Source of the DNA: Dicyema japonicum
Lineage: Eukaryota; Animalia; Dicyemida
Length of the DNA: 64,000 bases
NCBI GenBank assembly: GCA_011109175.1
Contig: RDEW01000002.1
Coordinates: 12,299-76,298 of the forward strand
Direction of reading: 5' to 3'
In this document: positions 47,280 to 60,789 of the stretch, piece after piece
Layout: every line of letters starts with the position of its first letter
Numbering within the stretch: position 1 is the stretch's first letter
Notes under the pieces: model-generated
The model's input: only the letters and a program-made list of their open reading frames with translations
Told to the model about the DNA's origin: nothing
Databases searched by the model: none
Program-made: the position numbers and the translations under genes

Positions 47280-49480
47280 GAACGCTACGCGTTACATAAT
47301 GCTCGAATTTACAATTTCAAGCATTTTTTAAAAAAACTTTACACATGTTTTTCTTATTTATTATATTTAAAATTAAAAAATTCTAATTTAAATATTTTTT
47401 GGAAGGCGCAACAGTTTTTAAATTTTAAATAACATAATACAGGTGTGTGTTATTAAGTTAAGCTGATGGCTCGGTGTTTCGTTAAAACAACCCCGGAATA
47501 TCATGATATAATGAAAATATTGGAACAGAAAGAGATCGATCTAATGACAAGACAAAAAAAATACCGATTAACTCAAAAATCAAAGAATTTTTATCTATCA
47601 ATGGGAGATTATACCTTAAAGACACTAATGGAAACCACAAAACTGTCATCTCTTCTGATAATCATGAAGAGATAGAATTAGTTGCCTCGCAAATTCATCA
47701 ATTGACCCATTGTGGACACAACACATTGGAACAATATTGCAATGAAAGATTTTTTTTTCGTAAAAAAATTATTCGAAAAGTGGTGTCAGAATGTGACATT
47801 TGTCGTTTTTCGACTTCCTGAAGCAAATGGATCCTGAAAATCACATTATAGCTCTCAGCTGAATGAAAGATTTCAAATAGACCTAGTAGATCCAAAAGGT
47901 TAGACTTTGTTATTAAATAAATTCAAGGTTAGATAAAAAAATGAATCTTTCAAATGGCTTCTCACTGTAATTGATATATATTCTAAATATGCCTTCACAA
48001 GAAATATGAAAAATAAGAGTGGATATGAAGTGGCCGAAAATCTAAAAGAATTTTTTGGATTATGGACCATTCCGATTCTTACAATCGGATATTGGGACAG
48101 AATTTAAAAATTCCCATGTAAGAGCATAATGTGACCGCTTCAACGTCCAACAAATTCATAGTAGGCCTAACAATCCAAGGAGTCAAGGGATTATCGAACG
48201 CTTCAATAAAAAAATCACAAGATCACTATCCAAGATGATGTCCAAAAATAAAGTGTTGGACTAAAAACATAAGGAAGCAGTTTATTATTATAATCTGTGT
48301 ACCCATGCATAATAATAAAGCCTTTTCACGAGAGCCATAGTATTTTATAGCTCCGCATAGGCAGGACACACCCTTTATTTAAGTAAAGAACAGTTAATTT
48401 TAACTAATCGTAGAACAAAGGAATGATCTTCACTTCTTTTTTTTCTTTTTCTTGTATGAGTGTCCTTTCTAGACAATCCAGTTCCGCAGTGAGTATTCAC
48501 TGATGACGGCGTCTCTCGTCAAACAATTTCTGCATCGTGTATGCGTGGACCTTCCACCAGGTGAACAGCAGCGGGATTCGAACCCGTAGCCTAAGCCACT
48601 TAAGCCCGACAACTAACCACTGTGTACCCATGCATCTACAGGTTAGTTTTAATTAAAATATTTTTGAGGCAATGCTCCATTTTACAAGATCGAGGAATTA
48701 ATGGATTCAACAGTATCTTATGTGAAAACACAGTAGTCGATGAGATTAATACAGATATAGGTTGTTTCAATGAGATTAATATGATTTTTCAGATTATGAA
48801 GGATCACTAAATGATGAAAATTGCGATGACAATCATGCTTCCAATCAAGAAGGGCAAAACGGTTTTCTTTTAGATAATATTGATTTAGAAGAAACGTCGT
48901 TTCAATTTGAATTCAATCCACCAAAAATGGATTCAGCATATTTAAGAAAATAAATAAAAAATGGGTGTACATCAATGAAATATTCATTTAAATCTGGTGA
49001 TAAGGTAATTCTAATTAACGTCAAAAATAAATATTTTAACGAGTCTCCATATGGTGAAAGTGTAACAATTACCAATATTTTTCATATAATATTGTCGAAA
49101 AACAGATGTCCGATGGAAATAAAAAAACACATATGAAACGCATCAAAAAAATAATTAAAGATGAATAATTTTTACATGATCTTATTTTTAAATTAATTAA
49201 AAAAACTTTTTTCACAACATCTTTGTGAAGAAACGTTTGCAGCTCTGGGAAATACCCAATAAACTTCATTCTAAAATCGGCCAGATTAATCTCGAGTTTT
49301 TTAGTTTGGGCTTAACGCTAAAACTCTGGCAGAAGCGTTTAGAAATGTTTTTATATATAGTAAAAAAAATAAATTGTTAACAAAATTATTTTTTATATAG
49401 TTATATTTAAAGCAAGTTCTTAATTGTAACAAATTATAAAATTTCATAAAAAATTCTTACTATAAGACTAATTTGGTCAA
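47280..49480 (+). mobile_element. Ginger/KRBA2-like integrase transposon, degenerate, interrupted by a SINE
   Basis: HQLTHCGHNTLE, ERFQIDLVD, WLLTVIDIYSKYA, LQSDIG.EFKN and PRSQGIIERFN. Confidence 0.8.
48420..48629 (-). mobile_element. tRNA-derived SINE family 1, best copy
   Basis: Minus strand gggtacacagtggttag (A-box-like) and cgggttcgaatcccg (T-arm/B-box), followed by a non-tRNA body and A-rich tail. Confidence 0.75.
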
Positions 49481-49689
49481 ATTATATAGGTTGTGGAAAT
49501 CGAACAACAAAGGTTCTGTATATCGTCGAATTTTACCATGGTTCAAAAAACTAACACGAAGAGATCTGTGGTAAATCACAAAAGTGAAAAGCTCTACTCG
49601 TCCTCCGGAAAGTGCTACTGCTGAATCATTCTCTTTAGAGAACAAGACTCCGCATAAGGCAGAACTGTTAAACCTGAGCGGATGTCATT

Positions 49690-52450
49690 ACAAAACACGA
49701 TCCCAAGGAAATGTCCAAATATACGGATGAACTAATGAAATCTGATCATTCAGAGAACAAGACTATATTAATTAGAGTGAATTCTACTATGAATGCGATT
49801 ACGATCGCAAACGTTTTACAATACTATGACCAATACGGATCTATGAGGATGAGCCACAGAGGACCGGGCTCTTTCCGACTGGATTTCCTGGATAACTCCC
49901 ATGTGGCCACCTTTATAGAAGCGGTGAATGAGACCTGCCCCTTTGGTAATGACAATCACCATTTCAAGACAATCTCAACAAAACCGTCTGAGATTGTCCT
50001 CAGGAACTTCTCCTTCTGGGTGAAGGAGGACGACCTCTTGGACTACCTTCAGGAGATGGCTCCCTCAGTCACGAAGGTTACCCGAATGACCAGAGGATCG
50101 CAGGCCATGCCATTGATCAATATGAAGTCGGAGGCTACATCACTAATACGATGTGGCTTCTACATCGAGACGAACAAGATTTCTTGTGAATGGATGCGAA
50201 GAGGATCTCCAATCTGCTACAGCTGTCAGCAAATCGGCCACTTTGCATAGCAGTGCACGGGAAAAAATGCTTCCGTTGCGCGGAGAACACGACACCATTA
50301 AGTGTGATGCGGATCCAACTCTTGAATGAAAATGTGTTAACTGCGGGTCAACAAGACACGCGCAAGATACGAAGGATGCCTGTATTCATGGAGGCCAGAC
50401 GAAAGTTAAACTCCGAATCGACAACAGGAACCGAAACAGACGGATATTATAACCAGGAATTGTACGAAGAACTAACAAGTACGAAGTTGCTCCTTTTCCA
50501 CAAGAGTCTCAGGGGCTATTACAAAAGAACTAAAGGAAATATATCAAGAGTGCAGGAACTAAGCAGAATACTCGGGGTGATTTACGAGTATGGTGGACCT
50601 GGCCATGGAGAGCCCGGGCCACCAACAAGAAAATTGAAAAGAAACTTGAAGATAGTGCTGGTGAACGCCCGATCTCTAAAGAAGAGGCGTCATGATCTGG
50701 CACTACTACTATCGTCCACCAAGATTGACATCCTGGTGGTCAACGAGACCAAGGTGAAAAAGACCAACACCACAATGACATCCTGGTGGTCAACGAGACC
50801 ACAATGCTACTGGGATACAATTCTATAGAAATTCCATGGGTCGAAGGTGCAGAAGCTGGTACTGGAACCACATTGTTCTACAGTGAAGTTCTACAGATAC
50901 ATGAGCCAAAAATTATTATGAATACACACTGTGAATTTGTTTCCGTCGAGTGAGATGGTGTGGCCGTTGGATACACGTGGTGGAATGTATTCAAAAACCT
51001 TAGAAGGTGCTCCACAGAAATTGAAAATTCTATCAAGAAACGATATGTCTATCCTAATGGGTGATCTAAATGCCAAGAACATTAAATATGGGTGCTCGGT
51101 ACTAATGATGATGGAATCAGACTAAGAAAATTGAGTAATAAAACTGGCTTTGAGATTTTGATCGGAAAAACCGAATCATTACTCGCACTACGTTGGAGAC
51201 ATGCTTGGGGTATTCCTGGAGGATCGAGAAGGAGGATCGTGCTCTATGGAAGAAGCTCTAGCTATCTTTAAGAAACAAGGCTAACGCACCTGGACTTGAC
51301 CATCTAAGCATGAGATTGTTCAAGGAAGCCCCAGAGGCTCTATTTCCCATACTGAAGAATTTATTCAATGCAAGCATTCATCATGGTCATGTCCCAAAAC
51401 GCTGAAAATCTTCTATTGTCAGAATGATACTGAAACCGGGAAAATCGAGGAGGGACCCACTCAGCTATGGGCCAATAAGCCTCATCTGTTCGATCTCCAA
51501 GATTATCAAACGAATTATCCTCAGAAAGCTTAACAACCACGTAGAAGAAAGTGGTTTCCTCCTCGCAGAACAATGTGGCTTCAGACCAGGAAAATCATGC
51601 ACGGACTTCATCCACCAGATGCATTCAATGGTATTAAGAGGTCTGGAATTCAAAGGACTAGTCAACCTGGTATGTTTGGATCTGTCCAAGGCTTTTGATA
51701 GTGTGTGGCACGAAGTTCTGTCTTGAGCTCACTTCTGTTCAACATATTCTTGTCAGACTTTCCAACTCAACCGGATATGAACACCAGATTATTGATGTAC
51801 GCTGATGATATTCTGATACGGATACATCCGGGAAATAAACTCTCTCAAAAAAGAATCAGAATCATTCATTGGACAAGTACATGATTGGTGCACCAAAAGA
51901 GGGATGAGACTGTCCACTGAGAAGTCCAGCTCTCTAAGAATCAGTCGCCTAAGGAGGCATCAGACGCAGCCTTACTCACTAGAGATTTCTAAAGTAAATT
52001 CACTACGCTACCTCGGGATAGTAATCGACGGGAAAGGTTTTTTCATGGAGGACATTAGACGAAGAAGGAAGAAGGCGGTTCAAGCACTTTTATGTACTAG
52101 AAAGTTGTTTGTAAGCCTGGAAACCTTTTTGTTCATTTTCATGAGAATCATTCTACCGAAGCTGCTATATGGATGCAAAACATGGATTTTCTCTTGCCAA
52201 AGAGAAAGAATTATGTTACTCATGGAATAAACCATAAGGTCGACAATAAAGTTGGCTTTGGGGAAAAGGCTTTTTGATGTTCTCAGTACTGGAGAAGACA
52301 AGATTCTAACACCGGTCAAAAATATTGTAGAGAAAAGAATCGATGGGATCCGACGATAGAAGGAGACCAAATGGAGACGGGGTGCATCGGAAGTGTCCAG
52401 GCCGCATAGGCGGACACGTTTAAATATATTTTTTTTGGATAGCGCCTGTG
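49690..52450 (+). mobile_element. LINE family A, longest copy (ORF1 gag, APE, RT, 3' end), defective
   Basis: ORF1 from 49711 with CCHC knuckles, then VNARSLKKRR, DLSKAFDSV and MYADD. Starts identical to 8281 onward. Confidence 0.9.
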
Positions 52451-52739
52451 ACAATATATATTTGATAAAATCATTATGAGGTTGGATTTTCAGTATCCTA
52501 ACTACAAAGACGAGGAAGAGCTATTTCAGGTTCTTTTAGCTATATTCTTGTAGAGCTATCAGAACCAGAAATTGCATCAAAAACTTATCGGATCTTCAAT
52601 GACTAATTTTTATGGAATCTTGTAAAAATCTTTGTTATGTCTTTGATAATGCCTTTATTCATCATTTTAAGGACAATCTCAATGTCCCATTTGACCCTTA
52701 CTCGTTATTTCTCAATCCAATCGAGAATAAAATTTGTTT

Positions 52740-53005
52740 TTACCTTCAAAAAAATTAGCTACGCTATAGGTCGGGAAAGTTACATTAATGGTTGAGAAAT
52801 CTTATATCTCTTATAATTATGAAGAGACCCCACCAAAACGGATATATCAGTCCAAGCGGATGCAGTGGTATCTCCCGGAAAAGCGTAGTAGGTGATGAGA
52901 GAGTATGTCTGATTTGAAGTAAAATCAGGTCAATGTTCTGTTCTTTTATTAAAGACCGCAGTTCAAGTATTTTGTTTTTGATTCCGTTGAAATTTATCTG
53001 CAAAA
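52740..53005 (-). mobile_element. LINE family B APE fragment
   Basis: QINFNGIKNKILELRSLIKEQNIDLILLQ. Confidence 0.7.
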
Positions 53006-53582
53006 TTTAATAAATTAAATAATAATACACTTCACTTGATCTTCAATTTTTTCTAATGTATGACAACATCTATAATTTATTTAGTCACGATTTTTTAAGT
53101 TATTTATAAGCGGCATCATACACTCGCATCGGGCAGCAGAAAGCATGGCACGCCCTTGACTGGAAAACCATTTTGTTCTTATGCATTAAGAATTCCAGAG
53201 ACGTGGAGAAATTTTATTTCCATGAACCCAAGCTCTATAACATTGAATATTCTTTGCTGATTAGCTTAAATATCAATGATATTAGTCCATGTGTTAAATG
53301 GATCAACAAGGCCCAGTGTAAGAAACGTATAAATCGATGTACTGGTCATAGATAGCCTTTAGGATATGATGATTTCCCCTCTTCCATAGCCCTCAGAGGC
53401 ATTTTAGAGCATTGATCTCGCATTCTTTCAAAAACTTTCGACATGTAGACAGAAGCACATGCCCATATGGTGAATTATTCCCAGAAATTCCAAATAATAA
53501 TAGACTACCAAATCCACAAATTTAATCCTCATAATAAAACAATTTTAATTCATTATACGTATTTAATTACCAAATAGTAATA

Positions 53583-55314
53583 TTAAGATGCCTTAATGGT
53601 ATATGACTTCACTTTCAAAACCTCCTCCACGTTAAACTCAACATCAACTCCATCAGGCATATTCACAGCGCTCACAGTAACTCCACTCAGGCACCCAAAA
53701 GACTCGAAAGTCACTGCCACGGGAAAAAATTGCCGGGAGACTCCATCAGCAGTAAACTCAAGCAGTCCATTCGGCTGAGAACTGGACACAGACATTATCC
53801 TCCACTCTAATAACCCACGTGACTTATTCACAGAGTACTCCCCAGTCTCACATTGACTCACACGAACAGAAGAAGGATTACTAAATCATCAGTCAAAGAC
53901 AATAAACCAAAGAGGCACAGTCAGTAGGAGATCATACAGGTCAAGCGGTAGCTGAAGGTTATATTCCAAGCTCACAGTGCATCCACCTGAAGAAATGGGG
54001 GAGGGCCAACACTGAACTACAAAAAACAGTAAAGTTAAGCAAAAACCAGAGAGAGGGAGTTTTGTTTGATCCTTGGTAGCACAGTGCCACCTTAAGAGGG
54101 AGGCGTCAGAATTGAGAGGAAACTCCTGCCTGGTATCCGCCAACTCCAGAGTCCTCTCTCTGGTAAACACACTCTTGTTGATTCGGGGGTGAGTCTCGAA
54201 GGAGATTCCCTCTCCCCCTTTAAGGGTAACAGAACAACGTGCCATTTCAGACTTGAGGACACGCACAGACAGAGATCCTGAAATCTTGAATTCAACCAAG
54301 CCCATATCACAATCAGCTTCCACCTCGATTGCCTCGTTTATCAATACGACCAATCTAACATGTTTTTCAACGTAAATACGGTTTTCCGTGAACTACTGCA
54401 GTACTTTGGGATGGAACTGTAAACTCGTGGGAAGAATGATCACCCTTTTCTAAAATTCACCCGTCACTCATACCCTCGCTCATAAGTTGGGCCATAAACT
54501 CGCTTTCCTTGTTTGCAACGGTCAGCTTCAGGGAATTTGGAATAGGAATAGAAGGGTTCGACTGTCTCGGTCTGTTTATCGGTCTATTGTAGACTTCGGG
54601 GACGATCTGGGCTTCTGATGGTCGTCTACTAGACTCAAATGCCGGTTTCTTGATGTTTCCGAGTTTGCTGATGAGTTTACTAGTCACCATATCAACGAGG
54701 GTATTATCATGGTGATGTTTCTCATAGGATTCAAGTATTTTGGCCTGAGTGATCCGTCTGGACTCCTGTTTGATGGTCTTCCTGGCTTGTTTCTCCTTGG
54801 CAGTCTTCTCCAAGTTGTACAGGTTCTCATCCATACTTTCCATTTCTATATATCGTTGCACTTGGCTCAGGGTCACATTCTCTCTGTAGCCTTGAGTCAC
54901 CACCTCGTCGAAAGCAAAAATAAGATCAAATGTTTGGTCATACACGGTGGCCTCCTTCAGTTCAGAGCAGTATTCCGTAACCTATGATATTAATTGAGAG
55001 GACTGACCACTCTCACGAAAAGTCGGAGACAGGCGATGTCTTCAATTATATTACTTGATTTGTTTGTGATGACGAGGACATATAATTCCTCCAATGGCTG
55101 ATAAACGTATCGGATTCCCCCAATCTCCTCGATTGTGTAGTTGTCGGAGAGAACCTTTGGAAAAGCAGCCAAAAGTCCCTCAATGCTCGATCTTTCAATA
55201 TCCACGAATTGTCGGGATAGTATTTCTAAGATATATTTGGTTGAGTTACCCTTTCCTTTCTTGTTGAGGACAGCAGCAGCTATGACTACCTGATATAATT
55301 ACAAAATCAACCAT
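53583..55314 (-). CDS. ARCN1: Coatomer subunit delta, apparently intact, 7 introns
   Basis: Introns 55290-55311 (22 nt), 55226-55249 (24), 54982-55007 (26), 54450-54473 (24), 54393-54417 (25, less certain), 54017-54046 (30) and 53881-53907 (27). Spliced start [38 protein letters not shown]; also FDLIFAFDEVV, THPRINK and CWPS. Confidence 0.93.
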
Positions 55315-55496
55315 TAACAGCACACGTCTACTCGATTTTAAAAATTGTTTTATTATTTAATTGATTTTAATATTTGACTTGTTTTATTATTAAAAATTCA
55401 TCTTTTTTATTTTGTTGTAATTTAATAGTTTTTGAGTCTAAATTAAAAATTCAGTCTTAATTTGTTGTTAAAAATTTTACCATTCCGTGTTGATAT

Positions 55497-55825
55497 TTAT
55501 TTATTTATTAACCCCGGATACTCCGAGAAAGAAGTTAAAGTAAACAACTAATTAAGTGCATCCAGTTTCCACTTTTACAGAAAGAGTCCATCCGGAATCA
55601 GCATAAAGGGTAAAAGACGTCCATAGTTGCAGCTATGGAGACCCCTCCCGTGGAGTGGGAGAGAGCAAATGATCCTTTTTATTCTGACCTGACACTGGGC
55701 GCCACCTAGACAGGTGGATCACATGACGCCACTCTAATAGGAATGAGAAAGAAGGAACAGACGAACAAAACAGAAACTTCAACTAATTAGCCACGAAGCA
55801 CCGCATGGCGATACGCGGCTATTTA
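55497..55825 (-). mobile_element. SINE-like family 2 copy immediately upstream of delta-COP
   Basis: Reverse complement aligns along 46078-46404. Confidence 0.7.
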
Positions 55826-56689
55826 AATTCCCTATTAACTAACTGAATCTACTTGATGCCGTGGGTTCGAATCCGAAACATGTACTTTTCACCGATGGTC
55901 AATCTCGCCCACCAGACCCTCCCGTGAGGTGAAGAGTTCCTTTGAAACGACAAAGTTATTATAATTATTAAGACTCTTCCGCCTAAGTATTAAGTTATTT
56001 CAGCGATGGTAGGGCTAATATTGAAAATGGAAGATAGTGGACCTACATCTTAACCTCTCTTCTGAAGCGGAAGACTGTAATGGACTATTAAAGGATGGAT
56101 ATGGTCGGCACAAGCAATTGTTCTCACTTGGGTTCCTTCCTTTATTAATTAGTTTTGAATATTTGCACTGGTTTTCCAGAAATTGTAAGCCTATCGTTAA
56201 TAAATATAGAAGCCACTAAAAACAAAGATATCTGATTTAGCAAGATACACGGTATGGACAAATATAGAAAGTAAGGAACCGATTCTCACTTATAGTTTTG
56301 GCACCCTGACAAAATCCATTGGTATAGATTACCATTATGAAAGTTCTTCCACCGCAGAATGAGCTCCTTCCTTGGATTAATAAGTAATGAATGTTTATGC
56401 TTAGCTCACTAAAGATTGTAAGCCTCGGAGTTAATAAACGAATAATATAAAATATAAAGCTCAAAGAATACAGGCAAATTTATTAAATTGAAACATAACA
56501 ATGAGGATTCCTTCCAGGAATATCCTGTCTTGAGAGTAAATACAGTCCGACCTCTAATTGGGGCACGTAATGCCCAAAAATCAGGTTCCCCAAAACAGAA
56601 GTTTCAAAAATAGCCCAATAAATAAACTAAATAATATTATTTTTAAAGTAATCAGATATTTTCTCTCCATTTTTATTTTCTATTCCTAC

Positions 56690-57618
56690 CGTCACTTTCT
56701 TTCTGAATTCATAAAAATCATGAAGATAGTCTGGAATTAAAATTTTGCCTCTAGGTTTTCCATATTGATGGTTCACAGTCTATATCCTCATAGAGATATG
56801 TATCATTATTTTCTTCAATTTCACGTGATGGAGATTGTTTAAAGCCACGTGTTGATTCATCAGTTTTCACAAATGATTTTCGTGCTGCAAATTTGGCAAA
56901 AAGAGCAGTTTCGTTATAATTAAAAATATTCTCCTTTGCATAATGTCCAAATTTAATTTTTAATTATAATAAAAATGAAAGCATCTCCTAACCACGAGGT
57001 AGAGTCACAGAGTACTCCCCAGTCTCACATTGACTCACACGAGTCACCTTACAATGCTTTGAATTTTAATTCATGCCTCTCCTAATTTATCTAACCATCC
57101 ATTTGAAGCTTTAAAATTGTTTAGCCCATTCTCGAAGAACCAGTTAGTGAAATTTTTTTAAATGAGTTCCAGAAACTGGAACAATCTGCTCAATTAATCG
57201 CTAAAAAATATCCATGACTTTTTCGTCCAACCTGTTTTTATTTTCACTTTTAAATATAGATACAAATGTTAACGAATTATTTGAACTTGAATAAAGGATC
57301 CCTCTTTCGATAAATAAGCCACTTTCAGAATGTTCCTTTTTTAAGAGTATCTGCAATCTTCAATTTTGTTTCACGATTTAAAGGCATTATAATCGACACA
57401 AAAAATTTGAAATGAAACGTGACTTTTAAAATATTTATTTTAAAATCGGTTAAATAAAATCAAATAATTAATTTTATATAATAAAAAATTAATGCCCCAG
57501 ATAGAGGTGCTAAATTTAGTTGATTTTCGTAGAAAATTTATAGAGCGTCCCAAAACGGAGTTTTCCCAAAAAAGAATTTCCCCACGTCGGAGGTGCGCCT
57601 CAAATAGAGGTCGCACTG
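56690..57618 (-). mobile_element. Tigger/pogo transposon remnant with 5' TIR
   Basis: TA-cagtgcgacctctatttgagg end at 57618; FKASNGWL and IFNYNETALFAK. Confidence 0.75.
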
Positions 57619-57689
57619 TACCTCATGTACATGGATGTGTTGAGAACAATAAACCCTTTTCTAAACCCTAAATTAAGATCTACGACATT

Positions 57690-58600
57690 TGCAACCCGAC
57701 ACATGATAAGTATAAAAATAAATTCTTTTTTTTCAAAAATCAAGTTTTTATTATTTTTAATCTTGAGAAATGCACATTTTCTATAATATTTCCATCTTCT
57801 TCGTGTATTGTGAAATTTTCATTCTCCCCACAAATAACGATGTACTTTGTTACATTCAATTGCTCATATAGCGGGAATTTTCTATCTTGCTTGTTGGCAT
57901 CTGCGTCATGACGACGAAAAACACAATCTCCGATTTTTATCTCCTTTTCGTCAAATTTTCACCGTCTTCTTTTAGACATATTTTCTCCACAACTCTGTAG
58001 ATTCTTTTATGCCTTTTCCCTTGCAATAGTAAGGTTGTCTTATGACTCTGGATTTTGCGGGTAGGTTGAACCCATAAAATATAAAATGGAATCTGTGAGT
58101 ATTCGTCATTTATGTAAGAATACCTACGCTAGTCAATAAGATCGGCTAGGTATCTGTCACGATGTCTTTTTTCAATATTGGCGTAATTGGAGGTTTAGTC
58201 GACATCATTCTTTTGGCTTGGCAAAAGATGCACTTATTTTATTACTTCTTGAACCTCTTTTCTCGTAAAATTGTGTATTTTCTTTTTTAAAAGACTATAT
58301 AAACTGTCTCTACCTAAATGACCATAATTGTGTTACCTCAATCGCTAGTTACCTCAATCGTTAGAAACTTTAATTCTGTACAATCAGACGTAAAAATCTT
58401 ATCTTGAATCCATATTTTCACGTAATATTGTTTTTTATTCTCAAATTCAAAAGATTCAGACAATTTATTGAGCCTATATTTTTGCCTTTTAGGAATTTGA
58501 GGACAATCAAAATTCTTTTTTAAATTTTTTATTATTTTCATTTCGTGGAGCAAAAACTCAGGTAACTCATTTTATCGCGTGGAGTGGATTATATTTTTTT
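57690..58600 (-). mobile_element. Ginger-like integrase remnant
   Basis: CIFCQAKRMMSTKPPITPI...DRYLADLID. Confidence 0.6.
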
Positions 58601-58667
58601 TAAATAAAACTAGTATTTTTTAAAAATATATAAAATTGATTTCATTATCTCATTATCATGTAAATTA

Positions 58668-60263
58668 CAGTACGACCCCACCCCAATAGAAATGATCCCC
58701 AAAAATAGAAAGTGCCCCAAATATAGAGGGTATATAATTCTTCATATTAAAACTATTATTTGTAGTTATTTTGAACCCAGTATTATACTTATTTCTTAGA
58801 ATTTTTGAAATTTTAATTCTGAATTCATTGTATTCTTTTAGCCCATTCAGGGCAAGTATTGAATAAAGAAGTTTCGAGATTATTTATTATTATTATTGAA
58901 TCTTTTAAACATAACCCTTCAATCTCATTAATTCCATTGTACAAAGTCCCATTATCTTCAATTCCGTTTATTTAAAGTTCCATTAACCCTGAAACATGTT
59001 TATCAATTAATTCAGATGCTTTTTTGAATTAATTTCACGAACATATGTTCTCTTCGTTTATTTTCATCTAATAATTGACAATCGTCGTTGTTGTTGCTCG
59101 ACTCCAAGCTTCTCTTACAAATGCAATTATTTGCGTCATATTAATCTTCAATAGGGTCGATTCCTTAACATCGTCAAGAGATATCACTTCATAAAGAACG
59201 TTGTTATAATATGTCTTGAAAGAGTTTATGATCCCCATATCTAAAGGTTGAAGAAGTGCTTTGTATATTTAGGAAATTTAAGAAATGATAAGTTTGAATA
59301 TTCTTGGCACGGTTATCCATTAGAATCAAAATTTTTCTGTTTTTTTGTACCATTTCAAAGTTGATTTTTGTAACCATTTATCAAAAATATCAGTCGTCAT
59401 CCAAGCATTTTTGACGCTGTGTACAAAATCTAAAAATAACCTAATAAAATATACCCCAAAATCCTCAGTTTGTATATTTTAAGCATCTTGGTAATTTAAA
59501 TTTTCCGATAACAAGGAGCTTTAATTTCTCACCTTCAAAACTGCAGCATAAAAGAACTGAAACTTGTTCTTTGCTTTTAGTTTTACCAAAACAATTATCA
59601 TTTGAAGAGACAAATGATTTACATGTATTTTTTTAACAAAAAGAAATCCTTGACTTTATTTCTGTCACATGAGTTCTTTTACCCGAAATTACTTTGAACA
59701 ATAATTCATGGCGCTTTTAAATCGATCTAACCATCCATTTGATGCTTTTAAATCATTGAAGTCAAGATTTGCTGCAATTATTTTGCAATAGTTTAGACGA
59801 GAAATCCTAAAAAAATACCATCCTCTCTAAAATTTTTGAAGACCTCAAATATTAATCGATCAATTCGGATAGAAAAATCTGATTCGAACCTCTTAGATGA
59901 GAGTTCATCAGAGCATACTTGTGTTTTTGAAACCACTTTATCGATTTCCTTTTTAATTCGTGAGACTGTTCCTTTTCCAATATTTTATAATTTACAAATT
60001 TTTCTTTCTGACATATTTTCTTTCATTAAAGAACTGGAAATCTTCTGTTTCAGGTGGCTTCGCAGGCATGCTTAAAAATATTTTAAAATTTTAATATTAT
60101 CGATTAAAAAAGTGTTCCAATAAGCGGGGTTTTGTATTTTAAATTTAGGCTTCCTATTGGTCAAAAAATGTAAAAATCATTCAAAATAATATTTATTAAA
60201 AAAATCGCCCCCAAAACAGAGGGTGCCCCAAAGCCGGGGTTTTATTGGGGCGGGGTCGTACTG
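58668..60263 (-). mobile_element. Full-length Tigger/pogo transposon (1596 bp) with decayed transposase
   Basis: 21-bp TIRs cagtacgacccc(a/g)ccccaata with one mismatch and TA on both sides (58666-58667, 60264-60265). FKASNGWLDRFK and LQPLDMGIIN-like motifs on the minus strand. Confidence 0.9.
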
Positions 60264-60789
60264 TAATATGTTTTATTCTAAAATGTGAAGTACGGTCCGG
60301 AAAATGGCGGCTCCGTCAAATGGACGCCGACAATATTTATTTTCAAAATCGGTTAAATAAAATCATATATTAATTTTATATGATAAAAAAATTAATTCCC
60401 AAATAGAGGTGCTAAATTTAATTGATTTGTCATACTTTTTAAATCACAGACACCGAAAGCCAGGCAGCGACAATGACTACTAGGGGGAAGTACTGGGAAT
60501 TGAAAGAATGCTTGACTCATCGCCTAAACTCCGACAATGTCCGCGCGTCAAGCAGTGATGATGATTTCTTCGGGGAAGTTATTGACTGGGTAGCTAATAA
60601 CTTTATTTGTAGAGTGTAGTTATGGTGCGTGCAGAACACAAAGAAAATTTTCTCCCCTTTCTCGTATCTCATTGGATATCTCTGCGTTTGCCTTAACAAG
60701 CAATCATTTGACAAAAAATTCTTGCAAGTATCAATCCAATTGTAGAAGTGAATGGTACAAAAGGATAACTAAATAAGCATTCAATCATT

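Noticed and set aside
48499-48530. Hammerhead ribozyme core (ctgatga...aaac)
   Set aside because: The required GAAA after stem II and a cleavage triplet with stems I and III are missing.
48570-48629. Functional tRNA gene (also at 7100, 14580, 39975 and 55865)
   Set aside because: B-box-like motifs are present, but there is no acceptor stem or proper anticodon arm. They are better explained as SINE heads or chance matches.
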